From positions 10,567-74,566 of the forward strand of contig JBKDDT010000014.1 of assembly GCA_046339895.1 (NCBI GenBank): 64,000 bases of DNA, in the 5' to 3' direction. The position numbers were made by a program, and so were the translations under genes. The notes under the pieces were generated by a model. The model made no database searches. It had not been told where the DNA came from and saw only the letters and a list, made by a program, of their open reading frames with translations. The first letter of the stretch is position 1. Each line of letters starts with the position of its first letter. The DNA comes from a bacterium (GTDB lineage: Bacteria; Planctomycetota; Phycisphaerae; Phycisphaerales; UBA1924). Below, one piece after another: positions 44,923 to 53,942 of the stretch.

Positions 44923-44957
44923 AGAAAGAAACAAGCCCGCGATGTTGGCGCGGGCTT
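44923..44957 (-). terminator. Terminator/attenuator hairpin between rpsO and pnp
   Basis: On the minus strand: aagcccgcg-ccaacat-cgcgggctt followed by gtttctttct. Lies 10 nt after the rpsO stop. Confidence 0.7.
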
Positions 44958-44967
44958 GCGGGGGGAC

Positions 44968-45237
44968 TTACTTGCGGAGGCCGAGTTTGGCGATGAGGTC
45001 GAGGTAGCGGGAGCGGTCGGCGATGGCGAGGTACTTGAGCAGGCGGTTGCGCTTGGCGGCCATCATGACGAGGCCACGACGGCTGTGGAAGTCTTTTTTA
45101 TGGGCTTTGAGGTGCTCGGCCAGGTCGTTGATGCGCTCGGTGAGCAGCGCGATCTGCACAGCCGGGGAGCCGGTGTCGGTGGTGGAGGTCTGGAAGTTTT
45201 TGATCAACGTGGTCTTCTGCTCTGCGCTGCTGGGCAT
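44968..45237 (-). CDS. rpsO: 30S ribosomal protein S15
   Basis: 89 aa. [35 protein letters not shown]. Upstream of pnp, as in many bacteria. Confidence 0.95.
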   Translation of the reverse strand: MPSSAEQKTTLIKNFQTSTTDTGSPAVQIALLTERINDLAEHLKAHKKDFHSRRGLVMMAAKRNRLLKYLAIADRSRYLDLIAKLGLRK

Positions 45238-45383
45238 GGATCAATCCTTACGGGCCTCTGGCCCTGCTCTAGTTGGTGGGGATGATAGCACCGGGGGTGG
45301 GTGGGGGCAAGGTGGTTGGGGGTGGTCGGACGCGAACATTTGCCGTATGTGGGGCGGGCGGAGGGACGCGGAGTAAAGAATTG

Positions 45384-45409
45384 GGCAGGAGTGGCAAAGT
45401 GGCAAACTG
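45384..45409. repeat. AGTGGCAA octamer array
   Basis: ggcaggagtggcaaagtggcaaactg. Same unit as 5646-5661 and the single aagtggcaaa at 57708-57717. Confidence 0.5.
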
Positions 45410-45485
45410 TGCCGGTGCGAGAGGTATTGAACTGAATCAGGCATTTGGAGGCATGCCTCTGTCTTGCGTGGCGTCATTGCGCTTG

Positions 45486-45515
45486 CCTCCGCCCCCTCTC
45501 CGCGAACCTCTTCTC
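45486..45515. repeat. Partial REP-like copy
   Basis: cctccgccccctctccgcgaacctcttctc, near-identical to 16338-16361. Confidence 0.5.
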
Positions 45516-45705
45516 TTTGCCGGGCGGGGGTGATGAGGGGCCACTATACTGGGGGCTTGTTGACTTGCTGTGCCTTTGATTTGGGCGTTGTGCCTGCCCC
45601 CGTTCTGTTGCCTTACACCATGGTCTTGGCGGTTGCCCGGCAGGTGGGCAGGCCCTGACGCAGCACCGATCTGTTTCCCTGCGACCATCGAACCGAGGAG
45701 TAATC

Positions 45706-46836
45706 ATGCCCATCCGCACGGCGTATACGGCGAAGATTGAATACCTGCAGATCCTTGACGAGGAGGGGAAGTTGGACGCCTCGCTGACGGCGCCCGGGAC
45801 GCCGGGGATATTGACTGATCAGCAGGTGTTGCACTTGTACCAGCGGATGATGGAGTGTCGGCAGCTTGATGAGATTGCGTTTAAGTTGCAGCGGTCTGGG
45901 CGGATGCACACGTACCCGCAGAACAAGGGTCAGGAGGCGTGCGCGTTGGGTTCTGGGTTTGCGATGCGTGCGGGTGTGGACTGGATCGTGCCGTGCTATC
46001 GGGAGAACGCGGCGATGTTCATGCACGGGGTGCCGATGGCGAGCGTGCTGCTGTATTGGTCGGGCGATGAGCGTGGGAACCAGTTCCCGCCGGGTGTGCA
46101 GGTGACGCCGATCGCGGTGCCGATCGGTACACAGATGCTGCACGCGACGGGGATTGCATGGGCGGCAAAGATGCGTCGTGAGGACCGTGTGGTGATCACG
46201 TACTTTGGGGACGGGGCGACGAGCGAGGGGGATTTTCATGAGGCGATGAACTTTGCGACGGTGTTCAATGTGCCGTGCATTTTCTTTTGCCAGAATAATC
46301 AGTGGGCGATCAGCGTGCCGCGTGAGAGCCAGATGGCCAGCGAGACGATTGCGCAGAAGGGCTTGGCGTATGGGGCGCAGGTGCAGCAGGTGGACGGGAA
46401 TGATTTGTTTGCGGTGTACAAGGCGGTGTACGACGCGCGTGAGCGTGCGCGTGCGGGCGGGGGTGTTACGCTGATCGAGTGCATTACGTACCGGCTGGCC
46501 GACCACACGACGGCCGACGACGCGCGGCGGTACCGTGACCAGAACGAGGTGGAGGCCTGGCGGAGCAAGGACCCGATGATCCGCGTGCGTTTGTACCTTG
46601 AGAGCAAGGGCCTGTGGGACGCCGGCAAGCAGAAGGCCGAGCAGGAGCGAGCGGAGGTGATGGTCAAGGAGGTTGTCGACAAGGTGCTCAACTGGCCTGC
46701 GCCCAAGCGGGAGGAGATGTTTGATCATCTGTATGCGGAGATGCCTGCGCTGCTGCGGCAGCAGCGTGATAGTTGGGCGACGCACTCGCTGGGCACGAGC
46801 ATGCAGGCGGGTTTGCAGGCTCAGACGGTCAAATAG
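45706..46836 (+). CDS. pdhA: 2-oxoacid (pyruvate/acetoin/BCKA-type) dehydrogenase E1 component alpha subunit
   Basis: ATG 45706 with GAGGAG upstream. TPP motif YFGDGATSEGDFHEAMNFA. The stop TAG lies inside the left heptamer arm. Confidence 0.85.
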   Translation: MPIRTAYTAKIEYLQILDEEGKLDASLTAPGTPGILTDQQVLHLYQRMMECRQLDEIAFKLQRSGRMHTYPQNKGQEACALGSGFAMRAGVDWIVPCYRENAAMFMHGVPMASVLLYWSGDERGNQFPPGVQVTPIAVPIGTQMLHATGIAWAAKMRREDRVVITYFGDGATSEGDFHEAMNFATVFNVPCIFFCQNNQWAISVPRESQMASETIAQKGLAYGAQVQQVDGNDLFAVYKAVYDARERARAGGGVTLIECITYRLADHTTADDARRYRDQNEVEAWRSKDPMIRVRLYLESKGLWDAGKQKAEQERAEVMVKEVVDKVLNWPAPKREEMFDHLYAEMPALLRQQRDSWATHSLGTSMQAGLQAQTVK

Positions 46837-46849
46837 CAAATGGCAAATG
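46830..46849. repeat. Left arm of the long-range stem around the four-helix-bundle gene (GCAAATN heptamers)
   Basis: caaatagcaaatggcaaatg. Complementary to 47292-47311 at 19/20 positions (hand count). Contains the pdhA stop TAG. Confidence 0.85.
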
Positions 46850-46865
46850 AGATAGGAGATAGGTT

Positions 46866-47237
46866 TTGGGGCGGATCAAGGTTGAACTGCTGACGCGGGT
46901 GGAGGCTTTCTCGGATCGCATCGTGGATGTCGTGGATGTCGTGGAAGTCTTGGAGAAGCATGGTCGTTCCAGGCGCATCATCGATCAGATCACCGGCAGT
47001 GGAACGTCAGTTGGGGCGAATATATTTGAGGCGGACGAGGCCCTGAGCCGGGCCGACTTCTGCAAGACGATCGGGATTGTCCTTAAGGAGCTCAATGAGA
47101 CTCGATTCTGGATACGGATGATTTCCCGCCGCAAGTGGCTGCCCGCGGCACGATTGGGGCCGCTCCAGGCCGAGTCCGACGAACTCCGTCGCATCCTGGG
47201 CACGATCCTGACTCGCAGCCGCCAAAGACCAGACTGA
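46866..47237 (+). CDS. Four-helix-bundle protein (23S rRNA intervening-sequence protein / Avd-like family, TIGR02436/PF05635-like)
   Basis: TTG 46866 with AGGAG at 46854-46858. SGTSVGANIFEADEALSRADFCKTIGIVLKELNETRFWIRMI matches the family signature S.GANI.EA...S..DF..K..I..KE..ET..WL. 123 aa. Lower GC than the flanks. Confidence 0.85.
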   Translation: MGRIKVELLTRVEAFSDRIVDVVDVVEVLEKHGRSRRIIDQITGSGTSVGANIFEADEALSRADFCKTIGIVLKELNETRFWIRMISRRKWLPAARLGPLQAESDELRRILGTILTRSRQRPD

Positions 47238-47291
47238 CAGTCGCCACTCAACTTACTGATCTGATCACCGCCGCCCGTCCACATCAACGAA

Positions 47292-47319
47292 CATTTGCGA
47301 TTTGCTATTTGCGATTTGG
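47292..47319. repeat. Right arm of the long-range stem (reverse-complement GCAAATN heptamers)
   Basis: catttgcgatttgctatttgcgatttgg. Its reverse complement is ccaaatcgcaaatagcaaatcgcaaatg. Confidence 0.85.
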
Positions 47320-47338
47320 CCCTTTCCTGGAACCTCCC

Positions 47339-48313
47339 ATGCCTCAGATGACCTTAGTGCAAGCGATCACCACCGCCCTGGACCAGGAGATGGCGCGCGA
47401 CCCTCGCGTGGTCTGTCTGGGGGAGGACGTTGGCGTCAACGGGGGCGTTTTCCGGGTGACCGAGGGGTTGCAGAAGAAGTACGGGCCGGAGCGGGTGATT
47501 GATACGCCGTTGTCGGAGTCGGGGATCATCGGCTCATCGATCGGGCTGGCGATCGCGGGGATGAGGCCGGTGCCTGAGATTCAGTTTGAGGGTTTTTTGG
47601 GTCCTGCGTACGACCAGTTGGTCAACCATGCGGCGCGGTTCCGCAACCGGACGCGTGGTGCGTTCACGGTGCCGATGGTGGTGCGTGTGCCGTGGGGCGG
47701 TGGGATTCACGCGCCGGAGTTTCACTCGGATTCTCCGGAGTCGATTTATGCGCACAGCCCTGGGCTGAAGGTGGTGTGCCCGAGCACGCCGTATGACGCT
47801 AAGGGGCTGTTGATCAGCGCGATTCGCGACCCTGACCCTGTGATCTTCTTTGAGCCAAAGCGTGTCTATCGCAGTTACCGCGAGGAGGTTCCCGAGGAGG
47901 AATACACCATCGAGATTGGCAAGGCGAAGGTGGTGGCCGAGGGCAGCGACCTGACGGTTGTTACGTGGGGTGCGAGTGTGTTCCAGTGTTTGGGTGCGCT
48001 GGACATGCTGCCTGAGGACGTGAGCGTGGAGTTGATTGATCTGCGGACGATCCACCCGCTGGACCTTGGGACGATCGCTGGGAGCGTGCAGAAGACGGGT
48101 CGGTGCGTGATCGTGCAGGAGGCTCCGCGGACGGCGAGCATGTCCAGCGAGATCTCGTCGCTTGTGCAGGAAACCTGCTTCCTGCACCTCAAAGCCCCCG
48201 TCCAGCGCGTTACCGGCTTTGACACCATCATGCCCTACGCCAAGCTCGAACTTGAGTATTTGCCGGATGCGAAGCGCATCGCCGAGGCCGTCGTGGCGAC
48301 GCTGGCGTACTGA
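47339..48313 (+). CDS. pdhB: 2-oxoacid dehydrogenase E1 component beta subunit
   Basis: ATG 47339 gives MPQMTLVQAITTALDQEMARDPRVVCLGEDVGVNGGVFRVT, a typical E1-beta N-terminus. ORF track start 47135 runs through the upstream cassette. Confidence 0.88.
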   Translation: MPQMTLVQAITTALDQEMARDPRVVCLGEDVGVNGGVFRVTEGLQKKYGPERVIDTPLSESGIIGSSIGLAIAGMRPVPEIQFEGFLGPAYDQLVNHAARFRNRTRGAFTVPMVVRVPWGGGIHAPEFHSDSPESIYAHSPGLKVVCPSTPYDAKGLLISAIRDPDPVIFFEPKRVYRSYREEVPEEEYTIEIGKAKVVAEGSDLTVVTWGASVFQCLGALDMLPEDVSVELIDLRTIHPLDLGTIAGSVQKTGRCVIVQEAPRTASMSSEISSLVQETCFLHLKAPVQRVTGFDTIMPYAKLELEYLPDAKRIAEAVVATLAY

Positions 48314-49310
48314 TAAGCAGAGTGGCCGAGGTTTGGGGGCCGATTTCAGGGCCGAGTGTCGCAAGCCACCTGACATCTTCGGGTTGTGCGCCCGCGCCGG
48401 GTTGACTCCGATTCAACACGGCAGACGGCTTCCGCCGCCGCAACACGGCCCTTACACAACCTTGACCGATGCTCAACTGCCCTTCAGCGTGGCCAACCCC
48501 CTTTCGGTGCCCGTGCTGCCCACCGGCACGGCGTTGCCGATCAACAGCGACACCAACTGCGCGTGGCTGAACGCCTATCCCTTCGGCGACCTGCCCGACT
48601 TCAACGTCGGCACCGCGCAGTACCAGTGGGCCGCCCAGCAGCTGGCCGACGCCCGGGCCGCCGGGCAGATCATCTTCGTGCAGTGGCACCACACGCCGCT
48701 CTCGCGTGGTATCCACGGCACCAACGTGACGAGCAACCAGTCGGGTGAGGCCATGCGGATCTACCTGCCGCTGCTCGAGCAGTTCCGTGTCGCTGGTGTC
48801 TTCACAGGCCACTCCGAAGTCGCCGAGCGGTCGTTCTTCGACTTCGATAGCGATGGCTATGGCATCAACCTCTGGGACGTGGGCATGGCCGGCGACGGCC
48901 TCCGCGGCGTCGAGGATGCGCCGGGCTTTGTCAGTGGGGGCATCACCGCGTGGCGAAACAACCTGGCCAACCCCGAGGGGCAGAGCTGGCGCCCCAACCC
49001 CTTCAGCCAGTGGACGGCCGACCAAAGCGAGGCCGAGATGTGGAACGGCACGCAGCTGCTCTCGGGCGGCAAGCACTACGGCTTCCTGGAGGTCAATCTG
49101 ACGCCGCTGACCGAGGGCCGCTATCGCGTGGAGTTCCAGCCGTGGCACAACTTCCCGCTCAACGCCAGCGACGCCGGCTATACCGTTATCGGGAGCGAGC
49201 TGCGTGTTACAGGCTTTGACACGATCATGCCGTGTGCGAAGCTGGAGCTGGAGTATCTGCCAGAATCCAAGGGGATCGCGGCGGCGATCGTGCTTACGCT
49301 GGGGTACTGA
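48314..49310 (+). pseudogene. Remnant: truncated metallophosphoesterase (C-terminal half) fused in frame to a diverged copy of the pdhB 3' end
   Basis: Part of ORF 48162..49310. GTAQYQWAAQQLADARAAGQIIFVQWHHTPLS and FTGHSEVAERS resemble the late motifs of calcineurin-like/purple-acid-type phosphoesterases. The N-terminal metal-binding motifs and an ATG start are absent. The last 35 codons (49203-49310) parallel pdhB 48206-48313. Confidence 0.45.
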
Positions 49311-49320
49311 GAAGTGATGG

Positions 49321-50523
49321 GTGATGAGCCATAAGCGACGAGAGAAGATTGTTGATATGAGTAAAGGGAAGAAGAAAGTGGCCAAGAGAGGTGCGGCGCG
49401 TCGGAAGGCCGCCGTGGGCATCGACCTGCCGGCGTTGCGGAAGCAGATTGATGCGATCGACCACCGGCTTGTCGAGCTGCTCAACGCGCGGTCGCGATTT
49501 GTTGTCGAGGTGGGGCGTTACAAGCAAGCGAACAACATCCCGATCTATGCCCCGCACCGCGAGCAGGAGGTGCTCGCGCGAGTGCTTGCGCACAACGATG
49601 GGCCGCTGGGGGATCGGACGATCGAGGGGGTGTACCGGGAGTTGATGTCCGGGTCGTTCGCGCTGGAGAGGCCCTTGTCGATCGGGTTTCTTGGGCCCGC
49701 GGGCAGTTACAGCCACCTGGCGGCGGTCAAGCAGTTTGGGTCGTCGGTGGCGTTTGAGGATTTGCACGAGATCGGCGGGGTGTTTACGGAGGTCGAGCGT
49801 GCGCACGTGGATTATGGGATCGTGCCGATCGAGAACTCGATCCATGGGAGTGTTACGGAGACGCTGGATTCGTTTGCACGCCGGGCCGGGCACGTGCATG
49901 TGTATGCGGAGGTGCAGCTGGACGTTCGGCACGCGCTGCTGGCGAACTGCCAGCCGAGCGCGGTGGAGCGGATCTATAGCAAGCCGGAGGTTTTTAGCCA
50001 GTGCCGGTCGTGGCTGGCGACGCAGTATCCGCGGGCCGAGCAGGTGGCGGTGGCGTCGAGTTCGCGTGCGGTGCAGATGGTGGCCGAGGAGTCGAAGTTG
50101 CCGGCCGGGAAGCGGACGAGCGCGGCGATCGGGAGCACTTTGGCCGGGGAGTTGTACGGGGTGAACATCCTGTTTGAGGGGATTCAGGACGAGCCGAACA
50201 ACATTACGCGGTTTGTGGTTATTAGCCGGGTTCGTGCGCAGGCGGCGGGCGGGGGCAATGACAAGACGAGTTTGATGTTCACGACATTGAACAAGCCTGG
50301 CGCGCTGGTGAAGGTGCTGGGGGATTTTCATGCCGCGGGGGTGAACCTGACGCACATCGACAAGCGGCCGAGCCGGCGGGACAACTGGACGTATACGTTT
50401 TTTATTGATGCCGAGGGGCACGAGAGTGATGGGAAGATGCAGCGTGCGCTCTCGCGTGCGCGGAAGCACTGCAAGGAGTTGCAGGTGCTGGGCAGTTACC
50501 CAAGGTCGCGGCGGATTTTGTAA
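49321..50523 (+). CDS. pheA: Bifunctional chorismate mutase / prephenate dehydratase (P-protein)
   Basis: CM domain (IDAIDHRLVELLNARSRFVVEVGRYK), PDT domain (IGFLGPAGSYSH), ACT domain (TSLMFTTLNKPGALVKVL). The start may be ATG 49324 or 49357. Confidence 0.88.
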   Translation: MMSHKRREKIVDMSKGKKKVAKRGAARRKAAVGIDLPALRKQIDAIDHRLVELLNARSRFVVEVGRYKQANNIPIYAPHREQEVLARVLAHNDGPLGDRTIEGVYRELMSGSFALERPLSIGFLGPAGSYSHLAAVKQFGSSVAFEDLHEIGGVFTEVERAHVDYGIVPIENSIHGSVTETLDSFARRAGHVHVYAEVQLDVRHALLANCQPSAVERIYSKPEVFSQCRSWLATQYPRAEQVAVASSSRAVQMVAEESKLPAGKRTSAAIGSTLAGELYGVNILFEGIQDEPNNITRFVVISRVRAQAAGGGNDKTSLMFTTLNKPGALVKVLGDFHAAGVNLTHIDKRPSRRDNWTYTFFIDAEGHESDGKMQRALSRARKHCKELQVLGSYPRSRRIL

Positions 50524-50598
50524 ACGCTGGTGTGGGTCGTGGGGGATTGAGAGATTGTTTGAGAAGTCTGGGGCCAGTGCCACTGTTGATACAGTCGA

Positions 50599-52092
<1,494 letters not shown>

Positions 52093-52160
52093 ACGGAATC
52101 TCCAAACTTGCTGTCCCCACAAGGAGTGTGGGGGTACTTAGCGGATGGTACCCTCTGGCC

Positions 52161-53348
52161 GTGCGGATTGCCCTGTTTACGGACACCCTGGGTGATGTCA
52201 ACGGCGTTGCGCGGTTTGTGCGTGGTGTGGCGGCGGAGGCGTTGGCAAGCGGGCGCGAGTTGACGGTGTTGACGAGCACGCGCACGGCGGTGCCGGGGGA
52301 GGGGAACATCCTCAATGTGCCCCCGAGGTGGGCGGTGCCGATGCCGGGGTATCGGCAGATCGAGTTGGTGTGGGTGCCCAGGGGGAGGTTGCTGGAGGGC
52401 GCGGCACGTTTGGGCCCGACTGTTGTGCATGCCTCCACGCCCGGGCCGGTGGGGATGCTTGGGCGGGGGTTTGCGCGGGCGAACGGGCTGCCCCTGGTGG
52501 GGACGTACCACACCGACTTTCCTGCGTATATCGAGCACCTGTTTGGGAACGAGGGGCTGACGGGCTTGGCGGGTGCGTTTATGCGGTGGTTCTATCGCCC
52601 GTTTGACATGGTGCTGACGCGCTCGGGGGATTGTGCCAATCGTGCCCAGGGGGTGGGGATACCTCGGCAACGGCTGCGGGCGTTGCGCCCGGGGATCGAC
52701 CTGGGGGCCTTTGACGTGGGGGAGGCCGAGCGTGGTGGGGCTGGGTTCTGGGGGGGGTATGCGGGTGTTCGAGCGGGGGCGGTCAAGTGCTTGTATGTGG
52801 GGCGTGTGAGCGTGGAGAAGAACCTGCCGCTGTTGGCGCGGGCGTGGCCGGGGATTGTGCGCGGCGCGGCCGGGCGGGGGATCGATGCGCAGTTGATCGT
52901 GGTGGGTGACGGGCCGTATTTGCCGACGATGCGGCGGGAGTTGGCGGGGACGGGGGTGGGTGCGTCGGCGGTTTTTCTGGGCTTTCGGCACGGGGTAGAA
53001 CTGGCGCGGTTGTATCGTGGTGCGGACTTGTTTTTGTTCCCCTCGTGCACGGACACGCTCGGGCAGGTGGTGATGGAGGCGCAGGCGAGCGGGCTGCCGG
53101 TGGTGGTTACCCCGGTGGGCGGGCCGCGCGAGGTGATCGTGGAGGGCAGGACCGGGGTGGTTGTGCCCGCGAGCGAGCAGGCGTGGGTGGAGGCTGTCCT
53201 TGGCCTGCTGGGGGATGCGGGCAGGCGTGCGGCGATGTCTGAAGCCTCGCGCCAGTGGATGCGTGGGCACACATTGAAGGCAAGTTTCCAGGACTTCTGG
53301 TCTGCACACCAGGAGGTCTGCAACCGCCTGGCGCCCACCACTTCATAA
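52161..53348 (+). CDS. Glycosyltransferase family 4 (GT-B)
   Basis: GTG 52161 (VRIALFTDTLGDVNGVARF). C-terminal E-x7-E region (FPSCTDTLGQVVMEAQASGLPVV). Confidence 0.8.
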   Translation: MRIALFTDTLGDVNGVARFVRGVAAEALASGRELTVLTSTRTAVPGEGNILNVPPRWAVPMPGYRQIELVWVPRGRLLEGAARLGPTVVHASTPGPVGMLGRGFARANGLPLVGTYHTDFPAYIEHLFGNEGLTGLAGAFMRWFYRPFDMVLTRSGDCANRAQGVGIPRQRLRALRPGIDLGAFDVGEAERGGAGFWGGYAGVRAGAVKCLYVGRVSVEKNLPLLARAWPGIVRGAAGRGIDAQLIVVGDGPYLPTMRRELAGTGVGASAVFLGFRHGVELARLYRGADLFLFPSCTDTLGQVVMEAQASGLPVVVTPVGGPREVIVEGRTGVVVPASEQAWVEAVLGLLGDAGRRAAMSEASRQWMRGHTLKASFQDFWSAHQEVCNRLAPTTS

Positions 53349-53368
53349 GCCCGCACGCACGCCTAATG

Positions 53369-53399
53369 CGCCGATTGCCTGTTCCCTATTGCCTCTGCC
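53369..53399. repeat. Solo right-arm copy of the heptamer element
   Basis: cgccgattgcctgttccctattgcctctgcc closely resembles the right arms at 25889-25918 and 33317-33345. No left partner was seen within 100 nt. Confidence 0.55.
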
Positions 53400-53405
53400 T
53401 GACCA

Positions 53406-53942
53406 CTACCACCCGCTGCGCATCTCCGCAACGATGTCCTTAGCCAGTTGCTGCACGGCTTGGTCCTCGCCGGTCTGGATCAGCTCACCCCCCTGGCGTG
53501 CGGGGACAAAAGCGCGTCCGACCGAGAAGTTCTTCCGGCTCATCAGCACGCGACCGCGGCGGGTATCGGTCCAGGCAAAGTCGACCGTGATGCTCACGGC
53601 AGACTCAGCGGCCAGGCCCGTCTGCTGGTCGGTAAAGAGCGTCGAGAGGTTGACGGTGCGGATTGTTCCCGTCAGCAGCGTCTGCGATTGGGCGCGGTCA
53701 ACGATGGCGTAGGGGGTTTGCTTGCGGATCTCCGCGGCGATCGACTCGTTGAGTTTACCGGCCATGCGGGGGTAGAACGTGTCGTTCTGGAAGATCGGCA
53801 CGGCGATGGTCTGCACGTCCTGGCGGAATGCGGGGGAGAAGGAATAGCCCTGGCTCGGGTCGGTAGAACAGCCCGTCATAGGCAAAGAGCCGGCCATGAC
53901 CGATGCACCCAACGCGGCTGAGCAGAGACAAAGCCTTGACAC
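53406..53942 (-). CDS. Lipoprotein, LptE-like
   Basis: Lipobox (LPMTGC). TIAVPIFQNDTFYPRMAGKLNESIAAEI and ADxxLxGxI-like QTLLTGTIRTV patterns recall LptE. Immediately downstream of the TPR lipoprotein. Confidence 0.45.
   Translation of the reverse strand: MSRLCLCSAALGASVMAGSLPMTGCSTDPSQGYSFSPAFRQDVQTIAVPIFQNDTFYPRMAGKLNESIAAEIRKQTPYAIVDRAQSQTLLTGTIRTVNLSTLFTDQQTGLAAESAVSITVDFAWTDTRRGRVLMSRKNFSVGRAFVPARQGGELIQTGEDQAVQQLAKDIVAEMRSGW

Noticed and set aside
46866-47237. Four-helix-bundle gene as part of a diversity-generating retroelement (Avd).
   Set aside because: No reverse transcriptase, template/variable repeat pair or target gene lies anywhere nearby. The flanks are pdhA and pdhB.
48162-49310. 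Treating ORF 48162..49310 as one intact 382-aa gene.
   Set aside because: Its first ~50 codons are an alternative frame of the pdhB 3' end. There is no ATG after the pdhB stop, and the phosphoesterase similarity covers only late motifs. It is better described as a remnant (see finding).
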